A DNA stretch of 63,449 nucleotides, counting the filler, from Octopus bimaculoides (taxonomy: Eukaryota), in assembly GCF_001194135.2 (NCBI RefSeq). It is 5 parts of 5 records of this genome, joined end to end, with 100 filler letters (N's around TTAATTAATTAA, not from the genome) between each part and the next. Parts side by side here need not be neighbours in the genome. Positions count along the whole stretch, not along the records: positions 1 to 15,518 come from NC_068990.1; 4 more parts are not named here. One strand, 5' to 3'. The position numbers were made by a program, and so were the translations under genes. The notes under the pieces were generated by a model, which saw only the letters and a list, made by a program, of their open reading frames with translations, was not told where the DNA came from and searched no databases. Below are positions 1 to 13,440 of the stretch, piece by piece; position 1 is the stretch's first letter; the number at the start of each line of letters is the position of its first letter.

Positions 1-755
1 TATATATTTTATTTGTATGTATAAACATATACATTTATATACATATGCACATATAATAATGTATATGTGTGTGTGTATGTGTGTGTGTATGTATGTGTGT
101 ATGTGTGTGTGTTGAGTAACTTGCACAAAAACAAACATTTAATTCATACACATATACACACACGCGCACACCAACACACACAGACACACCAATACACACG
201 CACACACACATACACGCTCACGCCACCGCGCACACACACACACACACATATACACGTAAATGCTGCGCCTGTGCAGATGTAAATATTACAGGCGGCAGCT
301 GTGTTTGAAACTGTAGAAGGAAATCTGAAGTATGAGAATTAGTACAACATATATATTCTTGTAAGACAAGACAGTAAGTTGTAAAAGGCGGGACAGAGTA
401 GTAAATTAACTTTTGATCTTTATATCACAACCAAACATAGAAAATCCTACGATGAATTTATGCTAACATCTCTACTGCTATATTACATTCAACATTAACC
501 TTTTCTCAGTTTTTTTTTTTTAATTTTTGTGTGCTTTTTATGGGTTATTTTATGTTATTTTTAGGTATTTTTCAAGTTGCTTATTTTATTTTTATTGGAA
601 AAAAAAATTGTATTTTATTTTTAGTTTCATATTATATTGCGGTTTACAAAATTTCTTTACAGCTGTAGTTTTCATTTATCATCATTTCATCATCATCCTC
701 CTCATCATCATCATCATCATCATCATCATTATTATTACTACTACTACTACTACTA

Positions 756-786
<31 letters not shown>

Positions 787-1614
787 TATTACTATTATTT
801 TGTCTCTTCTGGGTCAGCAAGTTTTATAGTTTTGCAGACTGCTTCCAGAACATATAAAAATTCCACGATTGTAATATTTCATTACCAAATATGGTATTAT
901 CATTTATCTCTGGTACCACCACCACCATTACGAGCTTACTGGAGAGATTTTACGAGGTCAGTAGACATACTAGAAATAGCAGTTAATTCCGCTATCATCT
1001 AAAACATACAAAAATTAGGACGAAATTTTGGATAACAATGTCCTAAAACGCTGAACCTGTGAAAAAGAAAGGATGAAATGGCCATCAGTATCATTAATAC
1101 ATGCTTCCTCAAGAACATTTGGTTTGTTGTTATAGAGACAGACAGATTACTCAAAGACATTCCAATCGTGATACGCCATCTTTTTGTACACCCTATCTAT
1201 ATCTAAATCAACATTGTCTAGCGTGACTTTAACTTTCTAAGATATGGTGATTTTAAATCGAGGGAGATTTAGCTGCTATTTTGGGCACTCCACAAGAGGT
1301 TTTCCTCAGACAGCTGAAAACACATGTCTAAACGCCGTTTTTACCACAATACTATCACCACAGCCACAACTTGCGCCGTAACCTCGTTTTAGCCAAAAGT
1401 CGATATTTTTATTAACCACACACTAAGAGTTGTCGTTGGTGTTTAACCCTAGATAAACTTTGATCCAGCACAGCTATGATGAAAGGTATTTTATCTGTGA
1501 CTACCTCGTCTTTTATGGGATTCTAAGACTACAATTATGAAATACAATTCTTATATTTAAGAAAGAAATCTGACTGCATTTTATAACAAGTCGAACAAAA
1601 TCTTTACTTTTTGT

Positions 1615-1780
1615 CTTTGACTTGTTACAGTCATTGGACTTCAAGTGCTTAGTCGAACAAATTGACTCGAATATCTATTTTAAAGGCTGGTGCTTATTCT
1701 ACCGATCTCCTTTCCTGGACTGCGAAATTACGGTGACGTAAGCAGGCCAAGACTTGTTGCCAAGCGGTGGAGATATAAAC
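1615..1780 (-). mobile_element. SINE family A, 3' part, diverged
   Basis: CAGTCATTGGACT...TTAGTCGAACAAATTGAC...CTTATTCTACCGATCTC is the reverse complement of the family A tail. Confidence 0.65.
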
Positions 1781-1836
1781 ACAAATACAAAGAAGCTAAT
1801 ATACAAACTCACACACACAGAAGCACACACACAAGC

Positions 1837-1868
<32 letters not shown>

Positions 1869-1974
1869 CGCCAAGTAGACAGACCTACACAGTGTTAAGG
1901 CTAACAATCTCCAGCCACTAACACCCAAGGGTAACCACTAACACCCAAGGGCTTCTAAAACAAAAGCAACGGCG

Positions 1975-2330
1975 GGGGACCCGCTTTCTATTTTGTATCC
2001 AGCCTCAGACTGGGAGGTACAAGTGAATCTGAAGGGCAGACTCATAATCTCAGAGAAGATAACAATAACGTCACTCGGAGCATACATGTTCCTGCTTTCG
2101 TATCGAACTTACAGTATACTAGGAGGAGAGACTCGATATTTTTCACCAGCTAAAGAAAACCAAATATTAGAACTTTGTCGACAAGGTCTTTGTCAAGGGA
2201 TGGCTAGCAGTCATTGAAGTTGCCTGCCGCAGATTTCCAATTATATCGGTACGTTATTTCCTACAGAAGAACTTTCTGGAACCCATGAAACTGAAGAAAG
2301 CCAGCAAGTAAACAGGCACGACAGGTGAAA
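1975..2330 (+). pseudogene. Decayed C-terminal restriction-like endonuclease (RLE) region of a HERO/NeSL-like non-LTR retrotransposon
   Basis: Manual translation ASDWEVQVNLKGRLIISEKITITSL... then IELTVY*EERLDIFHQLKKTKY*NFVD..KGWLAVIEVACRRF...ETSSKWL*. This follows the HERO-type pattern DW..DL...T.LRPD / IELTVPWE / K..KY / GW / EVGCRG / S.WLW, with stops and a frameshift. Confidence 0.7.
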
Positions 2331-2574
2331 CCAGCTCAAAATGGCTATGACTGATAAAAGACCACAAGGGGAACCCTTTCTCAGGCGAAGGCTAGTTCAG
2401 CGCTCGCTGCCCCACTCAAGCTAAGAGATGAAACGCTTCTGACCCCGAGATACCCGAAGATTTTCCAGTATTGCGATGGATTTAGATGAAGAGTTTGTAA
2501 AACTTCTGAGTAACCCCTGTAGTTTCTGCGTGATGCAAAGCATCTCTGGTGTTTATTTCACCACGTATATACGA

Positions 2575-2735
2575 TGGGCTTGCGTACAGTTTCCTTCTGG
2601 TAATTTTTCACTCGTAAAGCATAGGTAGACTCGTGGCTCTAGTAAAAGACACTAGCCCAAGATGCCGTGCAGTGGGACTGAACCCGAAATCATCTGGTTT
2701 TCAAAGCGAGTTTCTTAACTACACTGTGAAGCATG
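2575..2735 (-). mobile_element. SINE family A, 5' half, diverged
   Basis: Reverse-complement match, including GCAGTGGGACTGAACCCG. Confidence 0.7.
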
Positions 2736-3247
2736 CATCTCGACAGTTCCAACGGTTAGAGTATTTCAAGTCTCAAAGTAATAGCAGCAGTAGCAGCAGT
2801 AGTAGCAGAAGTAGCAGCAGTAGCCATATGCGCGGCAATTCAGTACGTGTTGCTCTTATAGATTCCTTATAGATTATAGGCTTCAGAAGGCCACATTCCG
2901 TTTGATTTTTTCAAAAGAGTATACTGCAGGAAAATAATTGCCATATTTATCGAGGCTCTAGGGAAGCAATTTTGACCTAAACTTATTCTTAAGCATACAT
3001 ATGCATGCACGCACTAACACTCACACACACGCGCACACGCACGGATGCGAGAGCGCACACACAAGCACATGCGAGGCGAGCGCGCAATCAGACATACATT
3101 GAAATCATGTGTACAGATATAAAGCTAGGTATAAACATCCACATATACATATGTAATATTACACAAGGAATTTGACAAATTGACATGTAGACAGACTGGT
3201 ACGCAGCAGTCAAGTATCAGACAAACAGTAAGATATGAAGAATAATT

Positions 3248-3303
<56 letters not shown>

Positions 3304-3369
3304 CATATATATATATANNNNNNNNNNTGACCTATCTTATTTCTACAAACAATATATATATATATATAT

Positions 3370-3560
3370 ATTTACAGAAAACAATAGACGAAGACAGGTG
3401 AAGGAATAGCAAGCAGGTGTATTACTTTAACGCTCGGGAAGAATGAAAAGGTCTTTGAAGTCTCGAGTCTACCTTCTTCGATAGAAAGGACTGAGAGAAA
3501 AGAAAAACAGAGAGAACGAAAAAGACGGAGAGACAACAACGTGTACGGATTAACAGTTCA
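3370..3560 (-). mobile_element. Solo PLE pseudo-LTR, diverged
   Basis: GACGAAGACAGGTG...AACGCTCGGGAAG...CGAG.CTAC..TCTTCGATAGAAAGGA. Shorter 3' ends of the same family lie at 4850-4910 (-) and 10185-10245 (+). Confidence 0.7.
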
Positions 3561-3696
3561 ACGTGATGAAACGCTATAACGGCTCAATATTATTAAATGC
3601 TATATATATATATATATACATACATACATACATACATACATACATACATACATACATACATACATGCATGCATGCATGCATACATACATACATACA

Positions 3697-3728
<32 letters not shown>

Positions 3729-3787
3729 AATGCAGATAGAATCTACCTACTGTTATGCATGCATATCCGGATAGGCAGATCAGCAAT

Positions 3788-3843
<56 letters not shown>

Positions 3844-3876
3844 AAGAGAGAGAGAGAGAGATAAAAGAGAGAGAGA

Positions 3877-4360
3877 GGCACTTTATCGGTTACGACGACG
3901 AGGGTCCAGTTGATGCGATTGAAAGAACAGCCTGCTCGCGAAATTAACGTGCAAGTGGCTAAACACTCTATGGACACGTGTTCCCTCTTAACATACTTCT
4001 CAGGGGGATTCAGCGTGACATACAGGTACTACTCATTTTTGCTAACTGAAAAGGCTAGGGCAACGTGAAATAAGGTGTCTTGCCCAACGACACAACGCAC
4101 AGCCGGGAATTGAACTCACGACCGTGAGCCGAATACCCTAACCACTAAGCCACACGTGGTCACTATTTATATCATCGTGGCACTCCGTCGGTTACGACAT
4201 CGAGGGTTCCAGCTGATCCGATCAACGTAACAGCCTGCTCGTGAAATTAACGTACAAGTGGCTGAGCACTCCACAGACACGTGTACCCTTAACGTAGTTC
4301 TCGAGGAGATTCAGTGTGGCACAGATTGTGACAAGGCTGGCCTTTTGAAATACAGGTACA
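3877..4360 (-). mobile_element. SINE family B: one full copy (3877-4155) and a second 3' copy (4179-4360) in tandem
   Basis: tRNA-like head (reverse complement of GGGAATTGAACTCACGACC...ACCACTAAGCCAC) and body CACGTTAATTTCACGAGCAGGCTGTT shared with 22184, 43932 and 53960. Confidence 0.85.
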
Positions 4361-4956
4361 ACGGAAACAGGAAGAATGAGTGAGAAAACGTTGTGGTGAA
4401 AGANNNNNNNNNNNNNNNNNNNNNNNNNNNNNNNNNNNNNNNNNNNNNNNNNNNNNNNNNNNNNNNNNNNNNNNNNNNNNNNNNNNNNNNNNNNNNNNNN
4501 NNNNNNNNNNNNNNNNNNNNNNNNNNNNNNNNNNNNNNNNNNNNNNNNNNNNNNNNNNNNNNNNNNNNNNNNNNNNNNNNNNNNNNNNNNNNNNNNNNNN
4601 NNNNNNNNNNNNNNNNNNNNNNNNNNNNNNNNNNNNNNNNNNNNNNNNNNNNNNNNNNNNNNNNNNNNNNNNNNNNNNNNNNNNNNNNNNNNNNNNNNNN
4701 NNNNNNNNNNNNNNNNNNNNNNNNNNNNNNNNNNNNNNNNNNNNNNNNNNNNNNNNNNNNNNNNNNNNNNNNNNNNNNNNNNNNNNNNNNNNNNNNNNNN
4801 NNNNNNNNNNNNNNNNNNNNNNNNNNNNNNNNNNNNNNNNNNNNNNATATATATATGGGAGAATATACAAAAAATAACAACAGACGAGGACAGGTGGTGT
4901 AAATAACAAAAGTATATATATATATATATATCATTGAAAGAAAATAGAGAGATAGG

Positions 4957-5020
<64 letters not shown>

Positions 5021-5152
5021 AGACTTGAAGAAAAAAATGAAGACAAAGTATCATAAATTGATTTTCAAGAAAAAGCTGCAAAGAAAGACAGAAATACTTA
5101 ACGAATGCCATCAAAGAACATTGACCAAAGCAAAGATTAAGTGAAAACTTAC

Positions 5153-5213
5153 CGTTGCCAAACGCAGCAGAAGATTGAGTGACCAGAAGTTCAAAGGTTC
5201 ACCTTTGGTTACT
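5153..5213 (-). other. Candidate 61-nt non-coding first exon ending at a CG|GTAAGT donor
   Basis: No ATG in the interval; consensus donor at 5152-5147 on the minus strand. Confidence 0.35.
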
Positions 5214-5244
5214 GAGATTCTGGCCTAACTTACTGCTTTTTATA
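5207..5244 (-). promoter_or_regulatory. Candidate Pol II core promoter: TATAAAA at -31 and Inr TCAGT with +1 at 5213
   Basis: Reverse complement TATAAAAAGCAG...AATCTCAGTAA; the first T of TATA is 31 nt from the Inr A. Lies in non-repetitive sequence. Confidence 0.4.
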
Positions 5245-5460
5245 AGGAATCGCTGAATGCGTTGGTTAAGCAGGTAGGCGATCGAATTATGACACCTGAC
5301 TTAAGACAATTTACAAATCAGTGATACCTGGCGCCACAGCTTGATGGTTTTTGGAATTCGATTTCTTCAAATCAGACGCCGCGTCTGCTGTGTCTTCAAA
5401 GAAATGTTACCTGTATCCCATCTATGTGCAGGTGTGTGTCTCTAAGTAGTTTATACATAT

Positions 5461-5508
<48 letters not shown>

Positions 5509-5816
5509 ACATATTTGTATATATGAGTGCATGAATGTACGCGTAAATATATGTGTATGTGTGTATATGCACTGTAATAAATGGATGTGTCTATAAATAT
5601 ACATATATATATATATACACTTATATACGCACATATGTGCACATATATATTTACATATGAATATATACATATTTATATATTCATACACACACACACACAC
5701 AAAACATTTTATTTAACCGATACACACCAGGCAACTTAAAAAACAATGATAAAAACGTTAACTAAACAAAAATTTTGTTTTCACTCTCTCTCCCTCTATC
5801 TCCCTCTTTAACCTCC

Positions 5817-5863
<47 letters not shown>

Positions 5864-6015
5864 GTTCTCACTCTCATTTTCTTTCTACTTTAAATTTAAC
5901 ACTCCACCCCCAAATTACTTCATGATTTACTTGTTACTTCGATCAAACATCTCTGGCTGCCCATTTCCACTTATGACAATATAACCACTTTGTCTCCGCC
6001 ATCACCACCACAACC

Positions 6016-6063
<48 letters not shown>

Positions 6064-6253
6064 TTTACATTAAGATTTGCTGAAGGAGCCTCTTCGTCAG
6101 TCTCTATTTGGAATGGATGGCAAAATTCTTACTCTTACTCAAATATTCTTCTCCTTCCTCCTCTATTCCCATCATCACCACCATCACTACCACCACCATC
6201 ATCATCATCAACAACAACAACAACAACATTTCATTCATTGCCAATACCTTTCG

Positions 6254-6420
6254 TAGGCGAAAACATGGCCTTGTGGTTAAGAGGCATGCTTTGCGATTCC
6301 GTGGCCTCAGGTTCAGTCCCACTGCGCGAAACGTTCGTCAAGTGTCTTCTACTATAACCCCGAGCTGACCAATGCCTTGTGACTGAATTTAGTAGATGAA
6401 ACTGCATAGAAGCCCGTCAC
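6254..6420 (+). mobile_element. SINE family A, 5' half
   Basis: GGTTCAGTCCCACTGCG...AAGTGTCTTCTACTATA...GAAACTGCATAGAAGCCCGTC matches family A. Confidence 0.8.
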
Positions 6421-6601
6421 ATATATATGCGTGTGTGTATGTGTGTGTGTGTGGGGGGGTTTGTGTGTGTACTTATGCGTGTATTTATGTGCATTTTTAT
6501 GTACGCCGTTGGTTTGTTTACATTCCTTTAGCTTTTTTAACCCTTTTATAACAACAGAGAACGTACCAATATTATACTGTAATCTTTCTTCTATCATTTG
6601 C

Positions 6602-6700
6602 TTCATGGGGTGCGGTTGAGAAAGACACCAACTGCTGTCTGCAACACCAGGGTCGAGTTGGTGGCCAACATCAAGGTCTTCGAAGATCATCTCAGGGACA
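6602..6700 (+). pseudogene. Short mariner transposase C-terminal relic
   Basis: WGAVEKDTN, then frameshifted CNTRVELVANIK.VFED.LRD; same region type as 24930-25020. Confidence 0.45.
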
Positions 6701-6704
6701 TCAC

Positions 6705-6745
<41 letters not shown>

Positions 6746-6761
6746 ACAACAACATTACATT

Positions 6762-6806
<45 letters not shown>

Positions 6807-7680
6807 TACGTATGCAAATATGAATATAAATACATACATAAATATAAATACATACATACATATATTCATACATACATGTATGTATGAACATACATACATA
6901 CATACATACATACATACATACAATGAAGAACGCATGTACCGATTCTTGAGGCCGTGGTAGAATCTGGGGGCGGCTTCTTTGAGTAAATTGTTACCTCCCA
7001 GCCATAACTAGTTGATTGTGATTTTTGTTGTTTTTTTTAAATACTTTCATTTTTGGATGGGATATCGATGAGTTTTCCTTTTATGATAACTGTTAAATTT
7101 AACCCGAACATCCTGTATTTAATAAAAGAAGCATTGAAATATCAGCTACAAATAAATATGTGTAGAGTAAAATATTTATATTTTCACTTTTTCGGTAGTT
7201 ATGGGCAAAGTACTCTGAATGCATTTCGATCTTATTGTGACATCATCAGCAAAGCACTGACTTTGCCGTATTTGTTGAAATAATGATGGGAGAACCAATA
7301 AATACTTGCACAAGAATGCACATTCGATGGTACTGGAAGCCAGAAATGTTTATAGAATAAGTAAATCAGCGAAACTATCTGCGTGAAAAGTAAGTTACAT
7401 TTGCGTTAGAATATTTAACGCAGAGCGTATTTAATATGCACGCACACACGCACACACAGACACGCTTGAACGAAAACGCGCGTGCGCGCGCACTCACATA
7501 CACACGTATATGCACATATGCACACATGCACACGCATACACATACACATGCGTATTCATTCATATGTACATACGTATATTCACACGCATGTACGCATGCA
7601 TACCAGTGTGCACGCACACACGCACACGCGTGCACATGTGCACTCGCACGTGCCCGTGCGCAAGTATACACGCGCAAAAC

Positions 7681-8666
7681 AAGCGTTGGGGATTGGTAAG
7701 CGTTGGGAATTGGTAAATGTTGGGGGTTGGTATGAGTTGGAGGTTAGTAAACGTTGGAGATTGGTAAATGGCTGTCCTGCTCATTGGGTTGATTGGTAGC
7801 GGAAACCTTGGTGCAGGCGGTGCAAAGTAGCAACTGGTACTAAGGTGGGTTGTCGGCAGTCAGAGGCCTGAAATTTGCCAGATGGCCATATCTCTGGTGA
7901 CATCAATACGATAAATCGGATTTCGTGTTTATGGATACTGCGGGTTGGATATTCCGGTTTAGACAACACCGCATCTAACATCGCACGCATCAACAGACGT
8001 AAAAATGCACCCATACAACCCCAACCTGCAACTTCCGAAACCCTATCACGTGCTACTCTTACACCGTCCGATGGCATTACAAGACACTATACCAGTATGA
8101 CAGCTAATGACTTCATAGTAAGATACTTCCAGCATATGCATTCGTTCAGATCCAGGCATAGAGAGAACTCTACTTCCTTGTCCCGTTTTCTCTATAGACA
8201 CCGTGAACTCCGAGATGAAATACCCAGCATCAAGTGGACTATCATCGACAGAGCGCCATCATATTCACTCGGCGAACCCAACCTACCTCTGCCTTCGTGA
8301 AAAACTGCATACCCTCCAAGAAACCGCAGTAACCATCAACAAGAAATACGACTTATCGTATTGCTGTCAACAGAGATATACCCTTCTGGTAAATTTCAGG
8401 ATATACTACCTTAGTACCAGCTGCTACTTTTCACCGCCTGTACCAAGGTCAGCGCTACCAACCAACACCATATTATTTATTTAAAGGACATAATACATGT
8501 CTTTAAGTGCTAATAATAGTTTCATATGTTAAGAAATATCTCAAACATATTCTTCGGGCACAAACCACATATCATAACGAACTAAAAAGATTGAATAAGA
8601 CAAGTGAACTTGGTAGACGGAAACTGATTGGTAGACCGCCATCTACCAATCCCCAACGTTCACCAA
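7681..8666 (+). mobile_element. Penelope-like element relic: GIY-YIG endonuclease with an inverted terminal segment
   Basis: ORFs 7875-8300 and 8203-8484 give ATLT..RHYTSMT.N.F..RY.QH..SFR...STSLS.F...IKW.I...A.SY...LCLREKLH...TINKK..L, the PLE GIY-YIG pattern. Segment 7788-7882 is the reverse complement of 8385-8466. Confidence 0.8.
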
Positions 8667-9055
8667 CGTGCGGCACTAACATTTGAACTCTACAAACAAA
8701 TCAATTGTACAGGTCATTCGGCAAAAGCTGACCCCTCATACAGGACTGACCTTCATATATATGCACATACATGTATATACCACATCATATATATACACAT
8801 ATATATGCACTTACATGTATATACCACAAAAGGCCCCAAAATTAGAAACTATTCATTAAATACTATCCTAACTAAATCAATCAAGCAATATCAATATGTG
8901 ATCAGCATAAATCATGAACTAACTCGAACTTACGAGAATGAAGGAGGCCTCAGAACGAGACCCCATGACATAAAAGATTCATAAACAAACATATCAAACT
9001 TACATTCCTATCATGTGTGTGTGTGTGTACGTGTGTGTGTTCGTGGGGGGGTTGA

Positions 9056-9087
<32 letters not shown>

Positions 9088-9240
9088 CACATATATACGA
9101 ATACCTTTATGACACGCCTAAAGATTGCTTGGAGACAAAAAGCAAGTTATAAAAACTGCCTAGATCCGCGTCTCCACTGCAAGAAACTATTAGTAGTACA
9201 CATACATACATACATACATACATACATACATACATAGCTT

Positions 9241-9325
9241 GTTGCTAACTTTGAAATTCCAATGGAAGAGCCTTGGTTCTAGTTTGGAAACCGGTTCTTT
9301 ATTGGTATGAAATCTTGAATAATGA
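9241..9325 (+). mobile_element. 3' UTR fragment related to the RLE LINE at 23239-23806
   Basis: TTGAAATTCCAATG.A.GAGCCTTGG.TCTAG.TT.G.AACCGGTTCTTT..ATTGG..GAAATCTTGAA is shared with 23717-23789; flanked on both sides by (CATA)n. Confidence 0.65.
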
Positions 9326-9371
9326 CATACATACATTCATACATACATACACACATACATACATATATATT

Positions 9372-9423
<52 letters not shown>

Positions 9424-9857
9424 TGCATACATATATATATAGATATATAGATATATGTCTGTGCGTATATACGTATATGTATGTATGCATGCATGCACGT
9501 ATCTGTTTTGTCTTCTTTTTTTTTTAGTGTCTACGTATTTCTGTGTATTTGTGTGCTTGTATACATGCGTGTGCTTTTATATATCTGTGTATCTGTGTGT
9601 ACATACGTGCGTGTGTTCGTGGGTATATGTCTCTTTAGGTATACGTGTGTGGTCAGAGTATATGGAGACTTTTAAGTTATCGACTCTGTGCTAACTGTTG
9701 TCATTAAACGCAAATTATGTCTAATAGTGTACTTAGGAAAGCTTAACTTGAATACGGATTAGTATCATTAACTATGTGTATGTGTGTGCGCGCGTGTGCA
9801 AGTATCTAACTTTATAGATGAACATACGTACATATATTTGTATATATGTATATATAT

Positions 9858-9890
<33 letters not shown>

Positions 9891-10241
9891 CTCATATATA
9901 CACATGTATACACATATATGTATGTATATTGAAAAATGCATATGTATGTATGCATTTATATACACACGCATACTTATATATGAATGAACACCAAGTAGAT
10001 TAGCCGGCAAGTAAACAGTATGCGGCCAATGTATGACGAAATAGTGATTCATTAACGCAACAAGGTGTTGTGGCGACATATGTAATATTAGGTGATGGAT
10101 TACATCAAATATCATTATCAGTTCATGTACAGGATTATAGAGTGGCCGACCATATACAGAAATATCAAAGGCATTGGCGCCATATTTACACCACCTGTCT
10201 TCGTCTTTTGTTTGTTTGTTTGTTTTTTGTGAATTTTCCCC

Positions 10242-10341
<100 letters not shown>

Positions 10342-10386
10342 GTATGTGTGTGTGTACATATGCACACACACATACATATGTATGCA

Positions 10387-10434
<48 letters not shown>

Positions 10435-10632
10435 TAGATAGATAAGTGGACAGATAGCTATATATAGCGAAATACATACATACTTACATATACATATGTA
10501 TGTATATTTGTGTATATGTATATATATATATANNNNNNNNNNNNNNNNNNNNNNNNNNNNNNNNNNNNNNNNNNNNNNNNNNNNNNNNNNNNNNNNNNNN
10601 NNNNNNNNNNNNNNNNNNNNNNNNNNNNNNNN

Positions 10633-10672
<40 letters not shown>

Positions 10673-10924
10673 GTGTTTATGTATCAATTTGCTACTTTTC
10701 TTTACACGAACTAAGAAGATATCTTGCGGAACTGTTATTTTAATGAGTTATATTTATTTATCACCCGAAGAGACACATTTACACTGTTAGATGCTCTTGA
10801 ACCAGTTGTTAAGTATCCCACCCGTGAGGGATCGATGCTAGATGGGTCGAAACAATTGTCGTCATTAATAACAATTTTCGTAACCAAATATATATATATA
10901 TATATATATATATANNNNNNNNNN

Positions 10925-10955
<31 letters not shown>

Positions 10956-11344
10956 TTATATTTGTGTTTATCTACCCACCAGTTAGAGGCAGCATTAGTT
11001 TGTTTACATCCTCGTCATTTGGTAATTCCTAGCAAAAGAAACCTGCAGAATAATTGTCATAACTTAAAATATATATTGGAGATCGATTTATTCGAATAAC
11101 CCTACAAGGCAAACGCTTCAGCATAGTCGCCATCCAATGAGTGAAACAAGTAAAAAGATAGAAGAGATATTTTTGTATACTTATTCTATTTGACAACACG
11201 ATATTCACACGATATACTGTAGACATATCTTTCAAACTCTCGTAATACCACAGCTTTCTATTAAATATTCGACAACGAAATTTTTATATTTACTCATGAA
11301 AATTTTCTGGTAAAGTATTAGATACATTTGTGGATTCATCTTTT

Positions 11345-11640
11345 ATTTGTTTCAGTCATTGGACTGCATTCACGCTGGGGCACCGCTTTGAAGGGTTTAG
11401 CAGATCTCGGTACTTATTCTTTTGCTAAGTCAGGAGACGTAAACACAAACATATAAACAGAAAGACACACACACATACACACACACACACACACGCACAA
11501 ACACACAAATATCACAGGCTCCATTTACTAAGTCCACTCACGAAGCTTAGGTCGGCCCGTGGCTCTAGTAAAAGACATTGGCCAAAGATGCCTCACAGTC
11601 GGACTGAACATAAGACTATATAGTTGGGAAGCAATCGTTT
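11345..11640 (-). mobile_element. SINE family A, diverged
   Basis: Tail TTTCAGTCATTGGACTGC and head AAGTCCACTCACGAAGCTT...GGACTGAAC in reverse orientation. Confidence 0.7.
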
Positions 11641-12016
11641 TTTTTTTTTTTTATCACACAGACACGCAACAACCACATACATAATGTATGTAAATACAGA
11701 TTTTCTTTTTCACTTTAGCTTTCTGATAAATGCCAATACAAACTAGATGCAGACGATAAATTAAACTGACAGCAACCATGTTAGAATTCGTAAATTTACC
11801 CATAATCTTAAGCTGGTCTTGTATTTATCTTTCATGCACCGAATATTATCGGACATTTCATCTGACATTGGATACTGTATGATTTGATTGGACATTACAT
11901 AGAGTGGCACTGATGCCACTCTAAGTCGATAGTGAAGCCGTTTAACTTTACCTCTCACTTTTCTCACATACGCGCACTAACACTTACCTTCTCTCTTTCC
12001 TTATCTCTCTCTTTCC

Positions 12017-12087
<71 letters not shown>

Positions 12088-12495
12088 AATCTATCTGTCT
12101 GTCTATCTATCTATCTCACATAGACAGACATACAAGCAACACAGACACCAAATGAAAGGCTGCTGTATTAACGTTACTATTGTTGTTATTGTAGTTGTTG
12201 TGTTTGTGCTGTTGTTTAGCCCCTGGCCAATCTTGATCGAGTAAACCTATTATCAAAACATTCAAGGCGTGATCACTTCGTCTTTTTCAAGAAAACTGCC
12301 CAGGACTAGATAATGCTTCTAAATATGTCCTTTTTAAAGACGGCACGACGTGTTTTGAAAGAGACTTATACTACTGTTCCTTGCAGGCTGGTTGATCATG
12401 TGTTGTGGAACCCATGTTGCATCGTTGCTGATGTTGTCGCTGCTGCTGCTGTTGTTGTCGTTGTTGTTGCTGTTGTTGTTGTTGTTGTTGTTGGT

Positions 12496-12528
<33 letters not shown>

Positions 12529-12967
12529 GCTATTGTTACTGCTGTTGCTGCTACTGCTACCGTTGCTGCTGCTGCTACTGCTGCTGTCGTTGATGATGAT
12601 GATGATGATGACGACGNNNNNNNNNNNNNNNNNNNNNNNNNNNNNNNNNNNNNNNNNNNNNNNNNNNNNNNNNNNNNNNNNNNNNNNNNNNNNNNNNNNN
12701 NNNNNNNNNNNNNNNNNNNNNNNNNNNNNNNNNNNNNNNNNNNNNNNNNNNNNNNNNNNNNNNNNNNNNNNNNNNNNNNNNNNNNNNNNNNNNNNNNNNN
12801 NNNNNNNNNNNNNNNNNNNNNNNNNNNNNNNNNNNNNNNNNNNNNNNNNNNNNNNNNNNNNNNNNNNNNNNNNNNNNNNNNNNNNNNNNNNNNNNNNNNN
12901 NNNNNNNNNNNNNNNNNNNNNNNNNNNNNNNNNNNNNNNNNNNNNNNNNNNNNNNNNNNNNNNNNNN

Positions 12968-13170
12968 GGCTGCATCAAATTCTACCAGAAGTTCTTTAAA
13001 TCTGCTACGAACGCCTTCGAAACTTTTGGTGAACATTCTTCAAGGAAACACAGAATTTCGAGTGGGGCGTGTATTTCAAGGCCGGTTGATTGTCAGCTGA
13101 GAACGACCAATCACAAACAAAACAGCAAGAAATACGAGGCACAAAATTCGGAAACAAAATTCGCAGAACA
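12968..13170 (+). pseudogene. Mariner transposase N-terminal HTH fragment
   Basis: CIKFYQKFFKSAT...FGEHS, then frameshifted TQNFEWGVYFKAG*LSAEND. This resembles the mariner pattern CIKF...KSATE...FEW..FK.GR.S.EDD. Confidence 0.6.
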
Positions 13171-13213
13171 ATCCATCGGCTCTATCACATGTCTTAGATC
13201 ACTTAAATAGGCT

Positions 13214-13440
13214 GCAAGGGGATTCTCATGGAACGCTTGAAGAGTTATCGTCGTTTTGCTGCAAAATTGTTCTCGACTCTGGACATTCGGTCAACATCAA
13301 ATAGTCGTCTTTTCAAGCTGTTGTGTAAAGATATGGAATCTGAACATGAAGCATCGCTTTTTCATACGAACGTACGGTGGCTATCAAAGGGGAACATGCT
13401 TGGATGGCTTTATGAACTACGAGAAGTAGCAATATTTCTA
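13214..13440 (+). pseudogene. hAT (Charlie/SPIN-like) transposase fragment
   Basis: NSRLFKLLCKDMESEHEASLFHTNVRWLSKGNML..LYELREVAIFL matches the conserved HT.VRWLS.G block. Confidence 0.8.

Noticed and set aside
2420-2470. Hammerhead-like GAAAC...GAAGA words in the HERO-like 3' UTR
   Set aside because: The core is incomplete (CCCGAAGA) and I could not form supporting stems.
7681-7765. CRISPR-like or telomeric array
   Set aside because: The context is eukaryotic, the units are contiguous without spacers and are not TTAGGG, and they are linked to a PLE arm.
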